From the NCBI GenBank assembly GCA_048938105.1, contig JBHLMN010000011.1, positions 128,001-192,000 of the forward strand: a stretch of 64,000 bases of DNA, read 5' to 3'. The stretch is from Promethearchaeota archaeon (GTDB lineage: Archaea > Asgardarchaeota > Heimdallarchaeia > Hodarchaeales > Hodarchaeaceae). The notes under the pieces are model-generated. The model made no database searches and was not told where the DNA came from. It saw only the letters and a program-made list of their open reading frames with translations. A program made the translations under genes and the position numbers. This document shows, piece by piece, positions 38,131 to 47,638 of this stretch; position 1 is the first letter of the stretch, and each line of letters starts with the position of its first letter.

Positions 38131-39770
38131 ATGAAGTTGAAATTCTTGTTTTTCAGAAGGTCTATGGGAAAGTTCTTTGTATTATTCATCTTGGTTACAC
38201 TATTCCATCCATGGATAATACAAAAATCATTAAATAGCACACCCAAGACTGTACAACAAGGTAAATTATCTAAATTCAATATTATAAACAAAATGAACAA
38301 TGTAGAGGACGACCTTGAGAATGTTCTTTCTATCACTCGTCATGATCCAGCAACAGTCCAAGAAGGGTTGACAATATTCGGTGTGTGGCGAGTAACGAGT
38401 CCTACTGTTGAAAATTTTTTGGACTCAATGATTATCATTACAGATATGGAAGGAAATGTTAAATCTTCACTACAATTCCCCCATATGAAGGGATTGTCTG
38501 GGATCCAGAATTCATCAATTCCACCACTTTTATCTATATTCTGACATCGAACAGCTTACAACTTTATAATATTCAAACAAAAAAGAGCGAAATCCTTCCT
38601 ATCTCTCCTGGTCATCATGATGTGGAATATAATCCTATTTCTGACACATTTCTTACTGTATATTTCACACATTATGGATACTATGAGGATAAACCCTTAC
38701 TATTTGATGATATATATGAACATGATCGTGATGGGAATGTAATTTGGTTCTGGAACAGCAGCAGCCACATCCCATTCAATGAAACAGAATTTACTAAAGA
38801 AGCGTTTCTTGAACGATTCCAATGGACTCACGCTAATACTATCTTCTGGGACATTGAGGATCATGCTATCTACTATAATTGTAGACACTTAGATACTTTT
38901 TATAAAATAGATTACCCCAGTGGTGAGATTCTTTGGTCAGCTGGAAGATTAGGTAATTTAAGGCTGTTTGACAAACAGGGGAACGAAAAACAGTGTTTAT
39001 TCTATCATAGTCACGCTGTGGAAGTAATTAGCCCCAACCATTACATTATTTTTGATAATGATTATTTTAATATCACTAGGGAAAACCCTAGAGAAGCAAC
39101 AGGTGTTTCTCGTATGATCGAAGTCGTTGTTAATGAAGAATCAAAGACAATGAACGAAACATGGTCGTGGTCAGCGCCAACAGATTATTTTGGGGAAGTT
39201 TGGGGAGATGCTGACCGTTTGCCAAATGGAAATCGGTTGGGAACTTTTGGTGTTCCTGACCATCCTGCTTATATTACTGAAGTAGACCCACAGGACAATA
39301 TCGTCTGGGAACTAGCACTTGAACAAGCTAAATGGGATTATTTAGGAATTTATAATGCTGATCGGTTTTTTGAAGCTCCTTTAGTAGAAGTGGATCAAAC
39401 AGAGTACACAACTACCCCAGATGATGATTTAGTGTTCCAAGTTAAAGTATGGGATACTTTTAACACTAGGATAACTAGAAAAGGAACATTACGTATAGAA
39501 GAGAAGGATAAGGTCTTAAAATCAATTGAATTCGAATTTCAACCCCACTGGCAAGAAACTCTCATTAATGTAAGTATCTTTGATCTTGGAAATAATGAAC
39601 GAACATTAACTCTTTCCATAACGAATGAAGATGACCTCAGTACTAAGATACCCATCGTAGTCAATGGAGGATCAGAGGATGCATCATTCGCGATTAAGAC
39701 TGTTGTAGTTGGTCTTATTTCTTTAGCTTCAATACAAATAATCAGAAGAAAGAAAAAAATAACTTATTAA
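38131..39770 (+). pseudogene. Aryl-sulfate sulfotransferase (ASST) with C-terminal TM anchor, split by a +1 frameshift
   Basis: Removing one C from the C5 run at 38478-38482 joins ...LQF to PYEGIVWDPEFINSTT...GHHDVEYNP. ASST motifs HHD, THAN, R.LDT, HSH, FDN, WGDADRLPNGN. May be a sequencing error. Confidence 0.8.
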
Positions 39771-40059
39771 AAGTTCTAGATCATAAAAAAAAGGAATAAT
39801 CATACTTAATCCAATTAAGACATCTTCCAATAAAATTATCACCCAAGCTCCCATAACACATATACCTTGGAAGTGGAATCCCTGAAGTTTGAGATCTGAT
39901 AGAATGAGCGTCTTTAATGACTTTTTTTCGTTCATTATCAATAGAATTCAACAAAAAATAATTAAGAATTTGAAGGGCAATACCGTTCTAAGATTAACTG
40001 GAAAAATATCCTATAAAAAAGGGAAAATTAAAACTCTAACTAAATAAGAAGGAAGATTT

Positions 40060-40905
40060 ATGCATCACAATCGAAGATTAAAGGAATTAGTTGGCATTAT
40101 TGGTACTGGAAAAATGGGGAGCGCGCTTATTAGAGGATTATTAAAAGAAAACCTAGTGGAACCTGATCAAATATTTGCGTACGATATTTTATATGAAGAT
40201 CTTATGGAATTGGTCAAAGAAACTGGGATAAATGCAGCATTGAATAATCTACAGATAGTTGAACAATGCAGCATCATTTTTATCTGTGTTAAACCTCAAG
40301 TATTTGAGACTACTCTTCAAAAACTCCAGACCCACTTCACTAACGATCATTTAGTTATATCGATTGCTGCAGGAGTTCCTTTAATGACTATTGAAAGATT
40401 AACTGGGAAGGCACGATGTGTTCGTATAATGCCAAATATGCCATTTCAGGTAGGAGAAGGTGCAGCAGGTTATAGTTTAGGAACCAGAAATGACAATCGA
40501 GACTCAGAAATTGTAGAACTTGTATTTGGCTCTTTAGGAAAGGTGTTTCAATTTCCTGAACACTTATTAGATGCAGTTACAGGACTTTCAGGTACAGGTC
40601 CTGCTTATGTATTTGTTTTTATAGAAGCATTAGCTGATGGAGGAGTTTTAGCTGGATTATCTCGCCGTGAGGCTCTCATTTTGAGTGCACAAACCGTAAT
40701 GGGCTCTGCTAAACTACTTCTGGAACAAAACGTGCATCCAGGAGTATTAAAAGATGCTATTATGTCTCCAGGTGGTACCACAGCTTCAGCATTACAATTA
40801 ATGGAAGCACGTGGTTTTCGTTCCATTTTAATTGATGCTGTGGAAGCTGCAACTAAAAAATCACAATTTTTAGGCCAAAATAATCTATTATTATCTGATC
40901 GTTGA
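40060..40905 (+). CDS. proC: Pyrroline-5-carboxylate reductase
   Basis: GIIGTGKMG, VKPQ, SIAAGV, RIMPN, AVTGLSGTGPAY, SPGGTT. Confidence 0.95.
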   Translation: MHHNRRLKELVGIIGTGKMGSALIRGLLKENLVEPDQIFAYDILYEDLMELVKETGINAALNNLQIVEQCSIIFICVKPQVFETTLQKLQTHFTNDHLVISIAAGVPLMTIERLTGKARCVRIMPNMPFQVGEGAAGYSLGTRNDNRDSEIVELVFGSLGKVFQFPEHLLDAVTGLSGTGPAYVFVFIEALADGGVLAGLSRREALILSAQTVMGSAKLLLEQNVHPGVLKDAIMSPGGTTASALQLMEARGFRSILIDAVEAATKKSQFLGQNNLLLSDR

Positions 40906-41044
40906 TCAACGAATGGAACTGGATTCTTATTTAGGTTGTATCATGGTTCGCACCGCTCACGGTCACCTCTCATCGAAAGAAGAAGATTCGTGTTTATATT
41001 TACGCAAAATATAATTTAATATCTTTATATCAGCTAAATAAATG

Positions 41045-42172
41045 TTAAGTACTCCTTATTTCAATATGTTTTACTTTTTCGATCCAAAAAGAGCCATGAA
41101 AGTTTTTTGCCACAATGCGAAGCCCAATCTCTGTTGATGTCATAATTATTGCTCTATCGTTATCGATTTCTTCTCCACTGAATTCTACTTGGTAACCATC
41201 AGAAGCACTTAATTGAACTATAAAATGCTCAGTTTTAGGTTGAGCACGCTCTACGATAAAATATAAGGGGACTCCAGTATAGTTCTTTGTGGGAATATAG
41301 GTGACATCACCAGTTAAATTCGCTTCAACTGTTATCTGTAAATCAAGGAAATCTGAATGATAGTAAGTGTATGGATTAAATACATCTCCAGATACTTCTG
41401 CAGAATAACGGTTTTGAACGGTTAGGAAATAAAACACACCAATTTCGATTAGTACTATGACTATAATTATAATTATTCTCAGTATTTGGATTTGTTTCAG
41501 CTGATTAGGATCAGTCGGAGTCTTTCTCCAATTCAATATTGAAGATCTTTCAAAAAGTTTCCAAGTAGAGATTGACAAGAGCCCTCCAAGAAAAAAACCT
41601 GAAATAAAGCTTAAAAAACCGATAAAAACGATAAATAATAGCGGAATTTGAAAATTAAAGAAGAGTATCTGCTGAATAATGACATTTGATAAGCTAGAAA
41701 AACCTGCAGCTAAAGATAGAACAAATTTGTTTTGTGTTGATAAAAATACGATGATTAAAATCTCAATAATAAGTCCTTGAGTTCCAGATAAGACCACTAC
41801 TAATATTCCATGAGCACTACCAGTAAAAAATTCAACAAATCCTTTTAAAATCCCTGCCATTAATGCGGTACCAACTTTTTGTTTTGTTAAGAGATAAATT
41901 AAGACTATCCAAAAAACATGCATCCCACTCAAAATCTGTCCCCCCCCAAACGGAAGTCCAACTATATGATTGAGTAAATTCCCTAAATATCCGATAAATG
42001 TGCTAGAAATTCCTCCCAATGCACTGAATAAGGCTATGATTACTAAATCACTCGTCTCATAATAACGAGTTGATTTTTTTCTCTTCTTTACTAGGTTCCC
42101 GTTGATCCAAGGGATTTTTGTTGTATGAAGGGGTTCAGGGATCTGTATTTTGGCTTCTTTCTCTTCTTCCAT
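41045..42172 (-). CDS. ECF transporter S component fused to a C-terminal molybdopterin-oxidoreductase-like domain
   Basis: DLVIIALFSALGG...GGQILSG.HVFW...K.GTAL..G...G.VEF..G..HG...QGLIIE (YkoE/CbrT-like S unit), an extra TM, then V.GDV.NP...YTGVPL...ASDGY...LRIVA...FWIEKV..IEI. Confidence 0.8.
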   Translation of the reverse strand: MEEEKEAKIQIPEPLHTTKIPWINGNLVKKRKKSTRYYETSDLVIIALFSALGGISSTFIGYLGNLLNHIVGLPFGGGQILSGMHVFWIVLIYLLTKQKVGTALMAGILKGFVEFFTGSAHGILVVVLSGTQGLIIEILIIVFLSTQNKFVLSLAAGFSSLSNVIIQQILFFNFQIPLLFIVFIGFLSFISGFFLGGLLSISTWKLFERSSILNWRKTPTDPNQLKQIQILRIIIIIVIVLIEIGVFYFLTVQNRYSAEVSGDVFNPYTYYHSDFLDLQITVEANLTGDVTYIPTKNYTGVPLYFIVERAQPKTEHFIVQLSASDGYQVEFSGEEIDNDRAIIMTSTEIGLRIVAKNFHGSFWIEKVKHIEIRST

Positions 42173-42174
42173 TT

Positions 42175-43758
42175 TTATCGTTCCAAAACTCGTAAAGATT
42201 TAACATATTTCACCCATCGATACCCCGCTGAAGGCCAAATATGGAACCCTTCACCCAATGGAGAGGTGGCTTGACAATCATCATTACTGTACGCGCCATC
42301 AGGAGCCAGAAATACTATTCGAAAGCCATCAATCCATTCAGGCACAAAAGTTTCATTGTAAGAATAGGCAAGTATCATATCACCTTGAATAAATTTCCAA
42401 GAATTATTAGGAAAGATTACTGGGTAACTAAAATTCTGAATTAACCCATCCCACGCTTCGATCTCTAAGATATGATTAGGGGTCATTCCTCCCACAGTCT
42501 CCAAGAGATCTCCTATTAAAACCCCCTTATATTCACCATAAGATCGCCAATTGCCATATTGGTTTTGAAAACTGCAATACCCACTCATTAAGCGAAATTC
42601 TAATTGTAAATCGGATATAGAAATAATATTGACAGATTGATTTTTAATTATCTCAATATCTGTAAGAGAGATTTTCTTTTTAAATTCTATTGGATTAACT
42701 GACCAATTTAACCATTTATTATCAAAGGTTATCTCAAGATAGTGATGAAACCCTCCCAATTCTTTAGATTCATGTAAAGCAGCCCCACCACCACCAGATG
42801 TTATAAAATGTATATTTTCACGAATAGTATAATTATAGATATGAATATGACCAGAAAGAACAATTTTGACATTATTTTGGGTAAAAATCTTTAATAATAA
42901 CTCACTTTGAGAATTATTTAAGAAATCATGCTCTTTTGAAGCACGAGGGTCGAATAAGGGAGTATGTGTAAAGATTATTTTTGGATATGTTGAGTAAATA
43001 TTAAAAGATTCTAAGAGAAAATCCATAGTAGACGATGTTAAAGATCCTGTTGATGAATCAAGCGAAATAAAGAGGAAATTTCCATATTTAAAACAATAAT
43101 TTGATTCACCAAAATGTTTTTGATATTGGATGCTAGAATTTTCGAATTTTATATCATGATTTCCAGGGGTAAAGAATACAGGCGCTGTAGAATTTCTCGT
43201 TATCTGTTGAACCTCATGAAATTGAAGAGGAGTGCCAAATGAAGTTATATCACCCAAATGAACGAGAAAAGAATAAGAATCATTGTTTAATTGACGGGTT
43301 AAGGTTTTATATTTATGATAAAACCCTTGAGTGTCCCCTATAGCAGCTATCTTAAAAATGTCGTCCTGAATATCATTTTTTAGCACAATTTCTCGCTCTT
43401 GCTGAGGTTTACATAAAATTTTTAACGAAAGAAATGTAAAATTATAAACAGAATATTTTTCTTGATCCAACAATCCGTAAATTGTAAGATGTTCCGTTTG
43501 AATATTAGAAATTGATATATTTAGTGTTTTTTTTCTTTCTATTTTTATAGAACTGAACGATAAATTAAATCCTTGGTTCCAAATAAGAGCCTCTCTCGAG
43601 GTGGGATTATAATCTAATAATGTACCGCCATTGATTTTAAATGGAAAATCAGTTGAATATTCTGAATCTTCCCAGAGAAGAAATAAAAAGAGAAAAGAAA
43701 GACTAAGAGATAAGATAAGTATTACTGAAAGACTTAATCCTATTACCCTTTTATTCAC
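42175..43758 (-). CDS. Membrane-anchored metallophosphoesterase fused to a molybdopterin-oxidoreductase-like domain
   Basis: N-terminal TM; calcineurin-like motifs GDTQ, HLGDI, PGNHD, THTP, GHIH; C-domain YKGV.I.DLL...AWDG...MILAY..N...GFRIVF...RWVKYV. Confidence 0.85.
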   Translation of the reverse strand: MNKRVIGLSLSVILILSLSLSFLFLFLLWEDSEYSTDFPFKINGGTLLDYNPTSREALIWNQGFNLSFSSIKIERKKTLNISISNIQTEHLTIYGLLDQEKYSVYNFTFLSLKILCKPQQEREIVLKNDIQDDIFKIAAIGDTQGFYHKYKTLTRQLNNDSYSFLVHLGDITSFGTPLQFHEVQQITRNSTAPVFFTPGNHDIKFENSSIQYQKHFGESNYCFKYGNFLFISLDSSTGSLTSSTMDFLLESFNIYSTYPKIIFTHTPLFDPRASKEHDFLNNSQSELLLKIFTQNNVKIVLSGHIHIYNYTIRENIHFITSGGGGAALHESKELGGFHHYLEITFDNKWLNWSVNPIEFKKKISLTDIEIIKNQSVNIISISDLQLEFRLMSGYCSFQNQYGNWRSYGEYKGVLIGDLLETVGGMTPNHILEIEAWDGLIQNFSYPVIFPNNSWKFIQGDMILAYSYNETFVPEWIDGFRIVFLAPDGAYSNDDCQATSPLGEGFHIWPSAGYRWVKYVKSLRVLER

Positions 43759-43801
43759 TTGTCATACTCCCAAGGCTCTAATTTTACTATTATTACCCCA
43801 C

Positions 43802-45781
43802 CTAATTGGGAATGATAAGTATCTCTGCTATCGCATAGATCATCCTACTTGACTTAAATCCTAATCCGATCAAACGGAGTGGGGTATGCTTCTCATCTAA
43901 TAAAACACCGTTTCGCCTATAAGCAAGGATGATAGATTTATTATATGCAATCATTTGGCTGTCAAAATTTTTTGAATAGCCATCTTGAGCTTTAACCTGA
44001 ACTATATATCCTGTTGAAGCTAAATCGTCATTAAAATCATAATTAAACCCAGAATAGTGCGTTCCGCTGTCACCTCCGTCAAAAATGGCAACTATGACAT
44101 ATAATGGGATCCCAACATAGGTTACATCCTTATCATCTTCAATAATTGTCAGAGAAGATTTGTGATGTTTACAACTGACTATAGTCAAATATTCTTCAGC
44201 AGTTAATACAGCTGTATAACTTGAATTAATTTGGTTTGTTAAACTAATTGTCCAATGGAGAGTTGTTGTCGGGATATCGGTGATGATAATTGATTCTATT
44301 TTACTGATCCATTGATCCATTGAAAGATCTGGTGATACCAACCTTACAGGAAACTCATCCTCGGGTAATGGGAGATTGTTTTTAACATGCGCTAAAATTA
44401 AGGAATTATTTCGAGTTGTAATTGATGATGGAAGAGTTAAATTCGTTCCATCTGATGAAAAAATAGTAACATTGTATCCTTGAGCTGCCAGAGAGTCATT
44501 GAATGTATAATGTTCACTACCATCATCTCCATCAACCATAGAGAGAGCGATCCACAAAGGCATACCTTCATAGGTAATTATTCGGCCAGCCTCAGAGTAA
44601 GTATGACTAACATTGTGAACATGATCTCCACAATAAACCACAGAATTGAAATCATCAAGACCAATGGATGTCTGAGAGACACCAGATAAAGTTATTGACC
44701 AGTCCGTAATACCTGATCCTATTATTATTGTTTTAACATATTTTACCCAAAAATGACCCTCAGAAATAGGCCCTCCGGGACCAAGATAACCCATTCTAAA
44801 AGGTCCACCATAATCGCTTTGAAGCGGTTCCCCATTTTCTTCATAAATTAATGTTAATGTGAGGTTTTCAAGTCCCCCATGGCCAATTTCAACTCCATTT
44901 TCGTCGAAAAGGGGAACATTTCCAAAGATTTGCGATTTAGTAAAAGTAAAATTATAAAAATCAATAGGTACAACCTTCATGGAAAAATTAGATGAAAAAT
45001 CAAGTAAGAGATCTAAAGCAGCAGTCATGTTTACTCCTTTGTAATTGTATGGTCCAACAATAACCCCTGTTGTCTTCAAAAATGCCCCCGAAGCCTCGAT
45101 AGAAGGAAGAAGTTGTAATTGAGAATGAGACAATGTAAATTTTTCATTAGGAGTTTCAAATGTGACTTTTTCATTTTCTCTGATAAATTCCAGTTTAGTA
45201 ACCCATTTTGCCCAACGAACACTGGCAGCTGCATCCTTGTATTCTAATGATGCTGTTTTCCGTTGATCTTCCGTAGAATATTCCTCATCTGAGGGAAGAA
45301 AAACTATTCGTAACCCATCTTCCCATTTAGGGACTTTTGTATCGTTGAATTCATATGCTAAAATCATCTTTCCTTGAATTCCTTCCCATTCTGACGAGGG
45401 GTAAATGTTTTCATAAGTGAAGATTTGTGTATAATCATCTTCAGAAGTGACAGTCAATATATCACCCTGTTGAATTCCACCGACTTCTTCGGCTAAATCA
45501 GAGATTGGAACACCTCTATAAACCCCATTATGACGCCAATTCCCAAATGAATTCTGACATTTACTTGTTCCACTAATAGATGTTAACTCTTTTATATCTG
45601 TGAGAGTGAATTCTTTAGATTCCCCTGAGACTCCCAGTACTGTCAATCCAATTTCCTGGGTCATTTCTGGTTCAGTACAACCAGAAAGCAATCCAATCAA
45701 TAGAAGCAAAAAACTGATTATTATAATAGACTTAAACCTCAAACTAGGTTCACCTATCATTTTCCTACTAAAAATTAACAC
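43802..45781 (-). CDS. Lipoprotein with four tandem molybdopterin-oxidoreductase (sulfite oxidase)-like domains
   Basis: Lipobox LLSGC (Cys35; alternative start ATG 45760). Four ~150-aa units each with Y.G[VMI].[LIM], xxD[GDF][YT], [IL][LT]A/IY..N, [PG][LFV]R[LIM], W.K.V-type end. Confidence 0.8.
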   Translation of the reverse strand: MLIFSRKMIGEPSLRFKSIIIISFLLLLIGLLSGCTEPEMTQEIGLTVLGVSGESKEFTLTDIKELTSISGTSKCQNSFGNWRHNGVYRGVPISDLAEEVGGIQQGDILTVTSEDDYTQIFTYENIYPSSEWEGIQGKMILAYEFNDTKVPKWEDGLRIVFLPSDEEYSTEDQRKTASLEYKDAAASVRWAKWVTKLEFIRENEKVTFETPNEKFTLSHSQLQLLPSIEASGAFLKTTGVIVGPYNYKGVNMTAALDLLLDFSSNFSMKVVPIDFYNFTFTKSQIFGNVPLFDENGVEIGHGGLENLTLTLIYEENGEPLQSDYGGPFRMGYLGPGGPISEGHFWVKYVKTIIIGSGITDWSITLSGVSQTSIGLDDFNSVVYCGDHVHNVSHTYSEAGRIITYEGMPLWIALSMVDGDDGSEHYTFNDSLAAQGYNVTIFSSDGTNLTLPSSITTRNNSLILAHVKNNLPLPEDEFPVRLVSPDLSMDQWISKIESIIITDIPTTTLHWTISLTNQINSSYTAVLTAEEYLTIVSCKHHKSSLTIIEDDKDVTYVGIPLYVIVAIFDGGDSGTHYSGFNYDFNDDLASTGYIVQVKAQDGYSKNFDSQMIAYNKSIILAYRRNGVLLDEKHTPLRLIGLGFKSSRMIYAIAEILIIPN

Positions 45782-45811
45782 CTGATAGTATATATTTTGA
45801 TAAAATCAGGT
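45780..45811. promoter_or_regulatory. Inverted repeat at the 5' end of the operon (candidate operator)
   Basis: ACCTGAT-N18-ATCAGGT enclosing a TATATA tract. Confidence 0.25.
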
Positions 45812-46061
45812 CGAAGGGATGGTATTGAATTGAGATTTATTAAATTATTTAAGACCAAGTTCTTTTACTCCGACAACACTTAATTCTATCCTTAAAATTT
45901 ACCTTTCAACATGTTAAAGAACATACTTGATCAAATAGAATAAATTATCTAATTGATGATTCTTAGGTTATTTAAATCGACCCTGTTGAGAGGAATATCT
46001 TTAAAATGGAGAAGTATAGCAGAAAAATTCAAAATCTAAACAATAAAGGAGAATGTAAGAT

Positions 46062-46334
46062 ATGGTATATGATATAAAATTGAAAGTAATAAAACAAGAA
46101 GGGTATTGCAACGCAGGACATGAATTAGGGGACGAAATATTCATTTCTTTTGAGAAGAACAAGATAAAAGGGAAAATATGTTTACATGCCTTATATTCGG
46201 TGTTACCAAAAGTATATGCTATGGCATATGGTGCTGAATTTCCATGGTTGGAAGAGCCAGATGTAAATACACACGCGTGTCCTGACGCCCAGAATCCTTT
46301 AGTCTTCGAAGTAAGAAGAATCAGAAAAACTTAA
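46062..46334 (+). CDS. TIGR04076 family protein
   Basis: KVI...G.C.AGH..GD...G.IC..A...P...G..FPW...CPD..NP..FE. Confidence 0.85.
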   Translation: MVYDIKLKVIKQEGYCNAGHELGDEIFISFEKNKIKGKICLHALYSVLPKVYAMAYGAEFPWLEEPDVNTHACPDAQNPLVFEVRRIRKT

Positions 46335-46349
46335 TCGCTGTATCACTCG

Positions 46350-47543
46350 TTATAGAACAGGCTCAATTTTCGATTTAATAATTATCCCACGTTTGTTCAG
46401 TTCCCTTTCAAAAATGTCAAATTGGACGTCATTCACAGGAGAAAGAATTCCTTTTTTGGTAATTTGGCCATTTCCTACCATTTGTGCACCAATACTTACT
46501 GTATAACCGACTGTACGACTCATTGCAGTGAAACCTGTTTTTAAATCACGTTTATCAACTAATTGATAGATTATTCGAGTCTTTTTGCCTTGTTTCTTGC
46601 CAACAACCTCAATATGTAATATAGCAAGATCTCTTTCATTTGCTTCTAATTGAAGGTGGGGTGCAAGAATTTTAGCAAGGAATGTTCGTCGGTTAATTTT
46701 TGTACCATCAATCTCAATTTGTTCATTATCTAAAAGGTGAAGATCCACAACCTTTTTCCAAAATGAGCAATGGCCAGGCCAGCGCATTGTATACCTCCCC
46801 ATTTGTTTAATTGATTTGAACTTTTTAGATTTTTCTTCAATACCAATTGATTGGAGGTATTGGAGAGCATCCCCATTTGGAAATGCTTCTAATGTTCCAA
46901 TATCCTCAATATTAATTTCATGGATATTTTCTGAATTAAATATTTCATTTTCTTTTATTGTAACAATTTCACCATTCCTAATTATTCTACTCTTACGAAA
47001 ATAGGTATGCAATACTCCTTCAAAACTCCAGGTGACTTTATATTTCAATGGATTATTAGCAGCTTCCAAAGTAGGAATACCAGCACCATAACTATTTATA
47101 ACTTCGATGTCTTCCAATCCTTTAATTGCTTGTCCTAGTAGTACAAGATCTATTCCTGGATCTAATCCAAATTCAGGTAAAACTGTGATTCCTTTACGTT
47201 TAGCTTCTCCTTCTAAAGCCCTTATTTGGGGAGTAACAGAAAGAGTATTGATTAAGTTTAAACCAAATTTGACTGCAGAAATCGCAATTCTCTCCAAGAA
47301 CGGTATAGGGAGTAAATCAATAACAATATCAGGCTTTAAAGACATTAGCTGGTTGATATGATCTTGATTATTTGCATCTAAGAATTCACACCGTACTTTG
47401 GAATATTGGTTATGTTTCACCAATTGTTTTAGTGTATTGATTTCTTTATCTGCAGCAATGATCTCACTTATAGAATCACTATTTACAAGGTCATGGAGTG
47501 CAACTTTGCCTTGTAAACCAACACCAAGAAGGAGAACTTTCAT
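46350..47543 (-). CDS. Saccharopine dehydrogenase / lysine 6-dehydrogenase family
   Basis: LLGVGLQG, GLDPGID, NPLKYKVTWS.EG, LEAFPNG, TMRWPGH, TAMSRTVG. Confidence 0.9.
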   Translation of the reverse strand: MKVLLLGVGLQGKVALHDLVNSDSISEIIAADKEINTLKQLVKHNQYSKVRCEFLDANNQDHINQLMSLKPDIVIDLLPIPFLERIAISAVKFGLNLINTLSVTPQIRALEGEAKRKGITVLPEFGLDPGIDLVLLGQAIKGLEDIEVINSYGAGIPTLEAANNPLKYKVTWSFEGVLHTYFRKSRIIRNGEIVTIKENEIFNSENIHEINIEDIGTLEAFPNGDALQYLQSIGIEEKSKKFKSIKQMGRYTMRWPGHCSFWKKVVDLHLLDNEQIEIDGTKINRRTFLAKILAPHLQLEANERDLAILHIEVVGKKQGKKTRIIYQLVDKRDLKTGFTAMSRTVGYTVSIGAQMVGNGQITKKGILSPVNDVQFDIFERELNKRGIIIKSKIEPVL

Positions 47544-47638
47544 AGGTGCGATTTCTGAGAATTCTTTTAAAAATGATTTTTCTAAGAACTCTTAACATTT
47601 CTTCAAAAGAAAGCTTCTAAAAAAAAAACTTAAACAGA

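Noticed and set aside
39729-39941. 70-aa minus-strand ORF after the sulfotransferase
   Set aside because: TTG start, overlaps the ASST 3' end and has no family motif; possibly a relic but unsupported.
45782-46061. Moco/Tuco riboswitch upstream of the molybdopterin-domain operon
   Set aside because: The region is very AT-rich and I cannot see the conserved multi-stem structure; only an isolated CCTAAG-like word. An Infernal/Rfam scan would be decisive.
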